The position numbers and the translations under genes are program-made. DNA of 50,193 nt, filler included, from Jimgerdemannia flammicorona (lineage: Eukaryota), in the NCBI GenBank assembly GCA_003990765.1. It is 2 parts of 2 records of this genome, joined end to end, with 100 filler letters (N's around TTAATTAATTAA, not from the genome) between each part and the next. Parts side by side here need not be neighbours in the genome. Positions count along the whole stretch, not along the records: positions 1 to 25,052 come from RBNJ01000888.1; 1 more part is not named here. One strand, given 5' to 3'. Of the stretch, positions 1 through 11,406 are shown piece by piece. The notes beneath the pieces are model-generated. The model ran no database searches and had not been told where the DNA came from. It was given only the letters and a program-made list of their open reading frames with translations. Position 1 is the stretch's first letter; each line of letters starts with the position of its first letter.

Positions 1-172
1 AATACTGTACATAATACTACTACTATGGCCTCCACTCAATTCTGTCAAGACTATATTACCTTTATAGCCCTCACTACCTCTTGCCTTACTGATGCCATCT
101 CTTTCTATGACTTCCAGGCTGATGAAGTTCCTTCTGCTGCCACTGACATCAATACTGTTCATTGTTTTCTTA

Positions 173-176
<4 letters not shown>

Positions 177-211
<35 letters not shown>

Positions 212-1300
212 GACTCAATGTCCTACAGATTTTTATTGGAAGGAAACCTAGACTATATAGGCCAAAACCCTCCCCCACCACCCATCAAGCACTGCTCCCT
301 CATTAATCTAGGCTAGCTATTGTCCAGCAGCTTGACTATACCAGGTGCAGCAGGGCTTATATTGGCCCATATCTCATTCTGTACACCATGCTCTCCCTAC
401 TACTAGGGGAAACCCAGCCATATGCCAATAACTGAAAGTGCATGCCTGAGACCCCAACATATATACAAGGCCATGCCCAAGCCAAATAGAATAGCCCCTG
501 CTACTCCAAAGAGAATGATAGGTACATCATAGTGGATAGGGCCTAGTTATCTCAGTCAAGGTAAGTAAAGGACTTATACATGAGGTGAGAGGAGATACCC
601 AATACCCCACTACTCAAGCCTGCAGGCCTAGATCATATTGCTATATCAGCTCTCAGTTCCAGTTGAGTGCAGCTAAGAACCTGAAATAGGTAGCCTCAGG
701 CCCTCCAACCCCCCCCCATTGACTGGGGTCCAACCTGTCAAATTGCCAAAAGAAGCCAAGAGTGACACCTACTACCTAACCACTCTGTACCAATCAAAAG
801 ACCCCACCAAAGCAGCATTCACCCCAGCCTTGATGACTGCCTCCAGCCTGGCACTCTACTGGTTCACCATAATTGCCCTTCCTCCTATCTGTAATGGCCA
901 TCTCTCCTTCCATCTCAACAATACTCAAAAAGCAGTCACCTATACCAGAACCACACTCGCCAAGAAGCTCACCAAAGCCAGAGGGCCCCACTATAGGCAC
1001 TGAGGACCTGCAGGTAACCTATACTGAGCACTTGATACCCAAGGTCAGCCAACTCTCTACATAGCCCATGACACACTGAGACAGTACCTTGTTGGTGATA
1101 GCAAAAAGAAGAAGGTGCCATACCAAAATAGATATACTCCAGATACAGCCAAAGGCACTAGAAACCATGAAAAAGTAGAGAAGATACTGATCTAACACTG
1201 ATAAAGGGGCAACTCATCACTATTGCCTCCCTCCCACTACTCTGCAATAGGTACAGCAAACCAACCCAAGGTAGAGGGGGTAATAATTGTAGAAAGTAGA
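177..1300 (-). mobile_element. Probable 3' end of a decayed non-LTR retroelement (poly-A tail on minus strand); upstream boundary approximate
   Basis: T31 run at 177-207 with AATAAA on the minus strand (tttatt 232-237) about 25 nt upstream of the tail. No protein motif confidently recovered. Confidence 0.35.
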
Positions 1301-2099
1301 CTTAGAAGATTGCCTACCAAACTATTGTGACTGGTAAGGTAGCAGAGAAAGAGGTGTTGTTTTCTTATTACTGGCTGCTCCTTATCTCATCTTCACAAGA
1401 CTGAGGTCTCTCAAACTACTGCTACTACTCATGCTACTACTACTACTTCTACTTCTGCCTTTTCTGAGGTTTTTATCTCTAAGGCCATTTGGGCCAAAGC
1501 TTGGACTACTACCTGTACTGAGGTTCATTCTTATACTACTACTACTGCTAAGGGCCCCAAGGTCTCTAAGGCCTCCAAGGCCCCTACTACCAAGAAGTCT
1601 TCAGCTTTCTTCTATTCTCTCTCTTCTAAGACTGCCTCCCATCATAATTGTACCCTTAGTATTTACTCTGTTAGCTCCTGGCCTTGCTCTTCCAGCTCTG
1701 GCTACCTCTACTGAGCATATTTTCATCTTACCAAGTCTATCTACTGATATAGTAGTGCTCCTCCACCTACAGCCACTTCTGCTACTACCCTCTCCTTCTT
1801 CTCTAAGATATCTTTATACCTCTACTCTCCCTCCTCCTCTTTGGCTACCTTCTCCAGGTCCTATTTCCTCTATGCCCCCAAGTACAAAAGCTGCATGAAG
1901 GCCTGTGATCACAAGGTCTAGCATTTGGATGGGGTTTGCTCATGGTTGTCTGACTCATCTCTCTCAAAAAAAGTCTAAGAGAAGGAGAAGTCCTTCTACT
2001 CTTAAACTTCCCCCTGGCCTAGTTCTCTTCCAGTGCCCCAGTTCCTTTTTAGATTCTGACATCACTTTTGGTATACTCTAAGTAATTCCTCATATTGTC

Positions 2100-4026
2100 T
2101 CTCCTTCACTTTTCCCAGTTGCTTATCTTGAATTTTTGAGTTTATTCTTCTTTTAGAGTTCTTTTGTTATCTTCTTTTTCTTGGGCTGACTGCTCTCTTA
2201 CTCCCCTTCAAACTTTTGCACTCTTTTTGAGTCCTCACTTCATCTTTCTAGTGACTTGTTCTCAATTCTCCTTTATTGACCTGGTTTATCTCAAGCACTT
2301 TCAATATACTCTTAATCTTACTATCTTTTTTGAAAGTTATGCTGAGTTGTCCTCTCACTATTATATTTCTAGTAAATGGATCTCCCCTCTCAATATCTCT
2401 TCACATTGAATATTCTAAGATATGGCTTACTTGCTGACTCTTCTAGATCATACTCACTCTTGTCTAGTTTTAGGCTATACTGCATATACTATACTTAAAT
2501 TAGTCAAGCAATTGCCTTCACACTTGCTTATAGTCACTGATAAGAACTAAAGTTTTGCTCTCATTTCTTAATTGCTTTACCTTGGTGGTCTTACTACTCT
2601 TCTCTGTACTATGGCTTATGAGTTATGTGTCCTTAAATTAGATGAGATACTCTTTTTTCTCTAGGTTGATCTGGCTCATATAGTCTCACTTTTGGATTCT
2701 CTATTTGTGCCTTCTGTTTTTCACTTCTACTAAGACTTTTTATCCTTATCAGATGTTTATCTCTGTGGTTTTTATGCCCTTTCTAATATTTATAAGTCTA
2801 TTTTGGCCTGGTATCCCATTATAGCTACTTTTTACTCATCTACCACTGAAGTTTCAAAATAGGTATCCCATTTCTTCCTCTTCTAGATAGCTCTTCTTCA
2901 GCACTATCTTGAGCCTGAGTATACTATTCTTCATAATACTCAGGAGCTTGCACTTCTTTGTTCCACTATTATATCTATTTACTGTTTTTTCTATTTGATC
3001 TCTGGTGATTTCTCCTCTTTCTACACTGCTATTTGTTTTGATGAGATTGAAGATTATCTTTATTACTTAGATTCTATTATCTTTCCTTTAGATTCTCTGG
3101 TTTCATTGGCCTCAATTATCAAGCTCATGCTTCTTGTCTGCTACTCTAATTACTTTGAGTCAGCTCTTGGCTATTTTACCAGATTTCTAACATTGCTATG
3201 GAAATAAATTATACCCCAACCCTTACCAATCTTATTGGCCTGGCCCATGAACTTTGTATACTATATGATCCTTCTTCACCTCTTGCTATCACTTTCTGGG
3301 CTGAAGATATCTTCTTCTTTTACCAATATATTGATGACTTTATTGTTCTCACTATTGCTGGTATTGATATTTCTAATATATTTTGTAATACATATATACC
3401 CTCTCTATCATTCTATTATATAGATACTCAGTATGACTGATATTCTCTTTTTGGACCTTTCCATTTCTCTTCCTCCCTTCCAAACTATTGTTTATTCCAA
3501 ATTTCCCTATTCTCAATGGTTTTCTGACTATTATTCCAACTATTCTCAGTATACTCTTCATAAGTATATTTATGGTAAGATTCATTATCTTGCTTTATAT
3601 TGCTCCCATCATTCTGACTAAGTGTCTGCTGTCCAGATTCTCAGTTACTTTGTGGTCTATTGTCATACTTACTCTATTTCTATCATTTATAGCCTGCTTA
3701 CTTCTGTTGAATGGTCTATTATTCACTCTTTTCTTCTCTCTCTCTCTTACCCTCTCTCTCTTCCCTCCCTCCTCTCTTACTCTCTCCATACTTTCTCTTT
3801 TTTCCCTATCTCAATTCTCATTATATTATTTGGTCAAGCTCACTGGGCTATACAATGTCCTGATGCTGTTCTGCATTCTACTCTTTTATACAATGAACTG
3901 TCATCTCTTCCTCAGTACTTTCTTATTGCTCATTTGTATCTTCCTTCTGTTTATTTACTTATCCATTGCTCTTATTTTACATTTTCATCACTTTCAGATA
4001 CCTCTGACTCTGCCAGAGAAGATTAA
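2100..4026 (+). pseudogene. Decayed Penelope-like element (PLE) reverse transcriptase, apparently endonuclease-less (Coprina/Athena-like)
   Basis: Ordered PLE RT motifs across frames: VTDKN* (~2533), FYALSNIYK..WYPII (2770-2823; cf. FYGLPKIHK..RPII), GDFSSFYT (3004), NYFES..YF/AMEINYTPTLTNL, QYIDD (3324-3338), FLDL..TIVYSK..S..HKYIYG..L..CS thumb (3448-3610). Frame ends at 4026 without a visible GIY-YIG. Confidence 0.8.
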
Positions 4027-5045
4027 AAAACATCCTGGCCCCCTCTGGGGTCTCACACTCACTCTAGGGTCTTGGTCTTTACTCTGTTCTCCTCTACTAT
4101 CTTTGGCCCCTCAGCTATGTCTCAGGTTCACTGTAGCTTACTCTACTTGACCTCATACCTCACTTATGCTCACTCCTCCAGAGTCTATAAATGTTTTTTA
4201 ATCTTGATTTAGATTTATTTATTTCTAATTTTTATTCTTACTCTGAGATTGGCTCCCCATTATCTTTATATAACATGAGATTCTTAATCTAATTATCTCT
4301 ATATTATGGTATATTATTTCTTTTTAGAACTTTCTATTATATATAAGAACTGTACTTTTGTATAGCAATAAACAATATATATAATTTCCACTCTGTTCTT
4401 TGTCTATCCTTATTTCTCATCTTCTTCATATCTCACCTCTCCTCTATCTCCTTTACTCTCAATTATAATTTAGGCTTTAGCCCTCTTACTAGTTCTTCTG
4501 GCCCTCCTCTGACTCCTATTGTGCTCTCTCCTACCACAACATTCTTCTAAGAGATTTTTCATATAATATACCTATATGATATAATCTTTACTATCAAAGA
4601 CAAAAATCATCCTCTTTATTATCATTAGTACTACTATAGTTATAACTATTATATTAGATATGTTTATACTATCAGTACCTATTTTAGATCTCATTCTACT
4701 TAGGTTACTTGGCTGGCTCATGTTTGACATATTGCTAGTATTGATCAATATTATAGTATAGTATAGTATATATGTTAGAGATATATTTGTTATCTTCTTT
4801 TACTAGCAGAGCTTATAACTTTTTGTTATAAAATACTTAGAAGAGTGAAAAAGAAAAATTGAATAAAGAGAGTATTGTTTATTGATACTAACTTATATGT
4901 TTTATATATTGTGATGAGTAATAGAATTGTACCACCAAATTCATAAATTAGCTATATACTATATCTAGTACACTAAGCAATCAAGACTGCTTTACTATAC
5001 CAACCTGTATATTTAGTCAGAGAGTATGTTTATCTGTACTCTCCA

Positions 5046-5101
5046 GATATACTGTACCCTCAAGATATACTGTACCCTCAAGGTACACTGTACCCTCAAG
5101 G
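5046..5101. repeat. 18-bp tandem repeat x3 (gatatactgtaccctcaa)
   Basis: Directly visible near-perfect tandem copies. Confidence 0.9.
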
Positions 5102-5600
5102 AATACTTATTATAGTTAGCAATCTATAGTTAGCAATATAGTAACCAGTAGCAATTACAACTGTATAAAATACTCCAGAGACAAGAATGAATAAACCTCA
5201 GTCTGAAATACAAACACTAAAGAAGCCTCTAAAGATTGAGCATTGGTCTCCTTTCCACTCTGGTCCACTTTCCAATATAAAGCCTTGGTTTATTTGTCAG
5301 ATAAGTCTAAAGTTTGCTGCTAAGTTCAAGGAGGAACTTTGCTGCCTTTTGAGTAATCTACTGCTTAAGAAATAAGCTGCTACATTTTGATTCACTTGCC
5401 AGATAAGCCTGAAGAATCTGAGTTACCCACATTCTCAGAGATCTCTTAAGAAACCTTACCACAAGTCAGTCTTCTGATGCAACTTCACAGTGATATATAT
5501 GTTCATGCAAACAAAGCCAGTCTTTGATATAACTTGTCAAGAATCCATACTACCTAAGTTATTTCCCAGAAGCCTGCCAATTCAGGAAGAATCTATGACA

Positions 5601-5683
5601 TCTAAGTTATCTGAGTTATCTAAGTTATTCATAACATCTGAGTTATCTGAGTTATCTGAGTTATCTATATTATCTGAGTTATT
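5601..5683. repeat. 9-bp tandem repeat (tctgagtta)n inside an internally repetitive unclassified element
   Basis: Repeated tctgagtta/tctaagtta units, which give SEL repeats in ORF 5490-5906. Confidence 0.85.
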
Positions 5684-7024
5684 TATCTATTCTCAGAAAA
5701 GAAGAATCTATACCAGTATAATTCTCAGTGAGCTGATTCAGAAGAATCCATGCTACCCTCTATCTCCAATAAAGCCAAATTATCAGAATGTTATGCATAA
5801 GGAATCCACTGTACTACATGAGATCATTATGTCAGAAATTACATACTTTTGGGAAATAAGATCATCATGCAAAAATTGTATACTTTTGGAGATCATCACC
5901 ACTTAAGAAGGAAATCAGAGATCATTGTACTATATAGAAATTATCTACTACCCAAGAAGGAGACGGCTCACATCATATATGTACTCATAAATTACTACTA
6001 TATCCAGAGAACTGTCCCAGTAAGGAAATCAACACACAAATCACTTACAGATATCTAGTTTTGACTATTATACTACTAAACACCAAGAATATTTTATTGC
6101 TTTTAATAAAGTAACTGGGGGCTTAAGCCAAACTATATCAACCTCCAATCTTTTAATTTGCCTCTATTGAGCCAAGCATATTATAATATATTAATGATAT
6201 TTATATGATAATATAGTTAGGATCAGGCTGTATCACCATATGTTGAGTTGCTATAACTAAGATATTTTAATAATTTACAATTATCAGAGGACTCTTTATT
6301 ACTAGCTAGAGGTGGTGATGACATTATTCCTGTTTTGATTATATAAAATAATCCTTTATTAACTATAATTTGTATTTCTTTTCATCTTATCTATATAGCA
6401 ATAAATACCTAGATTTTATCAATAATTTTAAGAATATCATTTAGAAAATTAGAATAGTTAAGTTGCAGATCCATCTTAATAATAAATACTATTTATTTAT
6501 TATTTTTCTTATCTGAGTAATTATACTTATTAGTCCTGAACTAAGTCTCAAATTTTTACATATTTCATAAACTAAATTACTAAGAAGCCAGATAAAAAGT
6601 ATAATATATAAACTATAATTTTATGATATAAACTTGAATAACTATAGATATAAACTAGTAGATACTAACAGATTTATTTTTTTTAAAGATATAGTTATAT
6701 AAACTAAATAGTAAGTATATGGATAGAAATATATAGTAATATGAATTCAAATAGCTATAAATATGAACTAGTAAATATAAACTGAAGTTTTTTTTTCTGA
6801 TAGCTGTATTATGAACTTTTATCTATTATTTTTCAATATTAGTTTTCTTCTTATAAAGACTTATAAGTAGAGAAGTAATTTTGGAAAATTCTTAAATAAA
6901 TCTTCAATAATATCTAGTTAGTTCATTAAATTCTTATAGTACTCTGAATAGATGCAATTTATCCAAATGAGATTTGATTCAGATTCATCATATAATAGAT
7001 TCAAATCAACTTAGATTGGTCTCA

Positions 7025-7090
7025 TAATCTGATCTAGATTGATCCAGATTGATCTGGATTGCTCTGGATTGATCCATTCAGATTAATCTA
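7025..7090. repeat. Degenerate 10-bp tandem repeat (gatcYRgatt)n
   Basis: gatctagatt gatccagatt gatctggatt gctctggatt. Confidence 0.75.
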
Positions 7091-8452
7091 TCTAGACTGA
7101 TTATATAAAATCTTTAATGATATCACTCTTTCTTTTATTCATTTTTCACTCTGTTTTTTTTTTCTGTTGTACTTTGGTGATATTACTTTTTTTTTTTGTT
7201 CCTTCCCTTCTTTTGTTCTTTCTTTATTCTTTTTCTTTATTCTTTTTCTTTTCTGCTACATTATAAGCAAACAAAACAGCAGGTCTTAATTATTCATTAG
7301 TCAGTCTACTAATTTTTTTACCCTATAATAATTATTAAAAGAGAGAGTATTTGAGATAGAAATATACTCTCTGCTGACAATATTAGATTCTTTCTCATAT
7401 AGGTAGTATACAAGCTGCTCATTGAGAGCCAAAGGAATGATAGTGGTGGTAATAGTAATGGTGATAGCAGGGATGAGGAAGAATTCTGGCAACAACTCAC
7501 AGCAGCCCTTCAGACCTCAGAATTCACAGACCTCATAGCTATGTATATGGTAGCCTTTTTGGAGCAGCTGATAGTAGATATAGGTTGCTCTTTTCTGCTA
7601 CTACTTGTTTAAATTCTCTCAGTATGACTCAATTCACCTCATACTCTTCTTAGGATCTACAGATTTATAGTAAGATCTGCTGACGTTATTCACAACATCT
7701 GATCAAGATGAAGAAAGGCTGGAGAATATTATAGGGTATGCCTTTGGTAGCTGAGCTATTGAGTCAATATATTGTATGGTAGAGATCTCAAAAGAAACTA
7801 AAGTAAGCCTTTGTAAGCAATCTTATGCAACTTTTTGATATACAACTCATCAGCATATAACTCATTGATATGTAACTTACTCACATATACTCTTTTCTGA
7901 AATACCCATCTCTGTATTTTATTTAACTTCATTTTTATATAGTCTTCTCTAAAAACTCTTATATAATACCTATATATAATCCATCTGTACACAACTCAGC
8001 CCCTCAGATCAGGGCTCAGTTCTATTGAAAGAGAGAATTCAAAGTTATCTGAGTTTGACCACATCTGACATCTGATCAAATAGAGAAGTTTGAGAGCAAG
8101 ATATTCAGTATGAGCAGTATCAGCATCACTATCAAGACTTGGGGGTCTATTTAAATTGGAGCCAATTGTTCTCAACCAAGGGTCCATTGGCCAGCAGAGG
8201 TATTCAATGACAAAGAGAACTATATTATTATTGATGATCATAGAGAGATAGTTTCAATAGTGGTAAGGAATCTCTATAGTAATGAGCTTCACTGCTATAT
8301 CACTGAGGTTTGTAAGGATTGTATCAAATACTAAGTAGCAGGAAAGAGAGGTGAAAAAAGCAAGAATGGGGGGTTTGGATGAGAATCAGATATATTACAA
8401 TACTGGTAAAGAGTGGATTTCTGGAGATCCAAAATCCCCTGCACTCACCTCC

Positions 8453-9300
8453 TTTTTTTTTTTTTTTTTCCAAGATATTCTCTCACTGACATATTCTTTT
8501 TTTGTTACACCTTCAGGAATATACAAGATACTATACCCCTATCAGAACTTTAGAAATGCTGTTAAAGAGCAAACTATATATGAGTATAATATGGCCTATA
8601 TAGCAATAGTGGCTATAATCTGGGGTTCTTTGAGCAGGTTGGTAGAGCATACAGCAGGCCAGCTTAGTGATGATCTCAGTATGGCTATATATACATTTTT
8701 GGCACAATTTAGTATACTGTATGAGGTGAGGTGCTCTACTTTTTTGGTGCAGCCCAGGGTTTCTATCTCCTACATGTAAAAAGGACTGACCAGATGTTAT
8801 CCATTTTTGATAGATTTCTAAGCCAAGGCTCTTGGGGCTTGATGAAGAGTAGATATTCTCTAGTACTACCTAGCAGTATGAAGTCTTGGGCCCAGGGTCC
8901 ACCCAACTATATACTTAGATCACATTAGGATATATCAGGTGCAATATTTCTCTATCTATATATACAGATAACAATGTCACTCTGGTAATATTTTATATTC
9001 TAAAAAAGAAGAGCCCAACTTGGAAGGATAGTGGTGGAGTCTGGTATAACCTCACTTATAATTTTGAGGTCCCATTTATGGTCAACATGGCCATCCTATT
9101 TAACCACATGACCACTATAGTACTGTTGTCTTCAAGGAGAGCTCAGACACAATAGTCATCATAGATGACAGCCTAGGACCAGCAGGTGGAGCAATTTTTG
9201 TTAGGGTTAGGTAATCTTTTGTGAGGGTTCAGTAGTTATTTTGAGCAGGTTGAGTAGTCTTTTGTGGGGGTTGGGCTGACAGCTAGGCACCTCTTTCTGT
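8453..9300 (-). mobile_element. Probable decayed non-LTR retroelement 3' end; upstream boundary approximate
   Basis: T17 at 8453-8469 (poly-A on minus). Upstream minus frame CTKKVEHLTSYSILNC..ILRSSL..LLKEP weakly resembles the C-terminal Cys region of LINE ORF2. Confidence 0.35.
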
Positions 9301-9440
9301 AGCACTAGTTTAGCCATTATGCTGGGCCCTACTAGTCCCTTAGTCCTGCTCTATAGTGCTACTGGTGCAGAACTATAGTATAGGGCCAGGGTGTCTGTAG
9401 GACCTGAACTAGTAATGGGGCCCAAATCGGTGGTGGACTT

Positions 9441-9545
9441 CAACTGTCAGAAGTACCCTCTAATTACCAGAAATGCCCTCTGACTGCCAGAAGCACTCTC
9501 TGACTACCAGAAGCACTCTCTGACCACCAGAAGCACCCTCTAACT
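9441..9545. repeat. 20-bp tandem repeat x5 (tgactRccagaagcactctc)
   Basis: Directly visible degenerate tandem copies. Confidence 0.85.
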
Positions 9546-9574
9546 CGGACTCAGACTCTTTGATAACTTGGGGT

Positions 9575-10095
9575 TACTTCTTTACTACTGGCAGAGGGCT
9601 GCAAATTTTATATACTCTCTCTACCAACTCTGCCAACCCTCTGGCCTGAGTACAGGCTGCTTGGAGATACTCTATACTGCTGGCAGAGGGCTGCAAATTT
9701 TGCATGCTTCCTCCACCAATCCTACTCCCTTTGCCAGCTCTACCAATATCCCCATCCCAGATACCAGTGGCTTGGAGCTGCCCCTTACTACTGGCAGAGG
9801 GCTGTAAACTTTGCACACTCTCTTCACCAACCCTTTGGCCTGGGCACAGGCTGCTTGGGATTACCTCTTACTGCTAGTAGAGCCACAAATTTTGCATGCT
9901 CCCCCTGCCTACCCCACTCCCTCCACCAACCCCCTCCATCTCAGATACTTGTGGCTTGGGGCTGCCCCTTGCTGCTGATAGAGGGCTGCAAATTTTGTAC
10001 ACTCCCTCCACTGACTCCACCCACTAACTCAGATACTGACAGCATAGAGCTGTCCCTTACTGCTAGTAGAGGGCCACAAATTTTGCATACTCCCT
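9575..10095. repeat. Array of six ~35-bp motifs (cttRctRctggcagagggctgcaaattttgca) at 80-110 bp spacing; likely hAT subterminal region
   Basis: Copies near 9580, 9670, 9781, 9864, 9965 and 10054. Intervening sequences are related to each other. Lies just downstream of the hAT stop. Confidence 0.75.
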
Positions 10096-10261
10096 TTATT
10101 GCTACCAACCCTACTGATTACTACCCTACTTAGGCCACAAACTCCAAACCAATTCTCTCTTTTTTTTTTCTTTTTTATTTTAAATAATTAAATCCTCTAT
10201 AAGACTAATTAACTTATCTATAAACTTCAGGACCTGCTGAATTTTAGTTGTTCATGCCCTA

Positions 10262-11320
10262 CTAAGATTTCAGATATATATATGCCTAGATTATCTCAGT
10301 ATTCAGTATATACCTCTTAGGGGTAACAAGATCTATCCCATCTGAGAACACTTGCTCAACAGGAGTACTGGTGGCAGGAATTACCAGGTAGTCCCAAACC
10401 ATACTATATAGGCTGGAGAAGTCTGTTTGATATAGCTGCAGTCATATACCCCAGTGGGTTGAGTGGTGGTTAGAACAGTGGTTAGGTTAGTAGATTAAAT
10501 TGACCCAATACAACCAACTGCCTGACAACCCACCTTCCACCAGTTGAGCACCTCTGCACTCTCCAGCAGGATCATATGGTCACCAGTGAGGTAAATAGTA
10601 AGTTCATCTATTGATAGCAGCTCTTCTACTAATGGCTCCCTCTTCTTCTTTCTGCTGAAGTAAATGTGAGATAAGAGAGATCTCTCAGTATATTTGTCTA
10701 GACTTCAGCCAGAACTTTGCAGTAGTGCATAGTTTTTCTAGTATATTTTGATTATGGCCTACTTGGCTCTCTCAATGAAGTGCTGCTCCCAGCCCTGATC
10801 TTTATAATATTGTAGCTTTAGGTATGGGTCCAGCATTGTTCAGAGAAAGAGAGTGAGATTTACAAGAGTTTCTCTGTTTTGGAAGAGATAATGACTATAT
10901 GTACTGATTGAGTATATAGTAACATCTGTTTTGGAGTAGTATTTTCTGAGCTTGCTTAGAGCAACCTCTATAGCATCTCTCTGATTCAAGCTTAATCATA
11001 AATTACCACAACTCTCCAGCCTATCCTCAAGCTTGTCCTCTAGTCAGTCAATCAAAAGATTATATACTGGTATTGTAGAGCTTATTGTTGGGGTGGTTTG
11101 TTTGACTATATCCTTCATACAATCATTGAAACACTGGAAGTTATATCTAGTAAGGTATTATATTGTACAGAGGTAGATAAAATGAGTATGAGGCTAGAGC
11201 AATTATCACTTACTTTCAAAACTCTGACAATATTCCTAAGTATGTCCCACTTGTTTTCACCTATAACCTCACCCTACATTTCTCTATTGGTAGCAACTGT
11301 TGAATCTATTAGCTTTTTTT
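10262..11320 (-). pseudogene. hAT-family transposase, C-terminal half, intron-containing, decayed
   Basis: Minus-strand translation: KWDILRNIVRVLK/CFNDC..TTPTISSTIPVYNLLID..KLRKYY..MLDPYLKLQYY..DELTIYL..VLNWWK/..FSSLYSMVWDYLVIPATSTPVEQVFS..LKS*, i.e. the hAT dimerisation domain. GT-AG introns at 11134-11213 and 10436-10533 keep the frame. Confidence 0.9.
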
Positions 11321-11406
11321 GTTTTGTTTTTTTTTAAAAAAAAAAAAAAAAATTCTCAATTATCTAAAACAAGTTACTTCAGTCAACTGAAAAAAAGAAT
11401 ACATAC

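Noticed and set aside
112..160. Hammerhead ribozyme core (ctgatgaag) near the PLE; also ctgcatgaaggcc at ~1891
   Set aside because: No matching GAAA core or convincing stems by eye.
1431..1898. Leu-rich 'membrane protein' ORFs (also 3488-4150)
   Set aside because: By-products of C/T-rich decayed PLE-associated sequence in alternative frames.
4883..6140. Possible solo LTR (TGATA..TATCA, AATAAA near 6106)
   Set aside because: No TSD and no second copy in the window; left unclassified.
7300..8450. Short minus-strand ORFs suggesting a decayed gene
   Set aside because: No recognisable motif; cannot support a call.
9201..9211. Telomeric repeat ttagggttagg
   Set aside because: Fewer than two full units and not at the PLE junction; consistent with chance.
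9575..10095. CRISPR-like repeat/spacer appearance
   Set aside because: Repeats are degenerate, the 'spacers' are homologous to each other, there are no cas genes, and the context is eukaryotic TE DNA.
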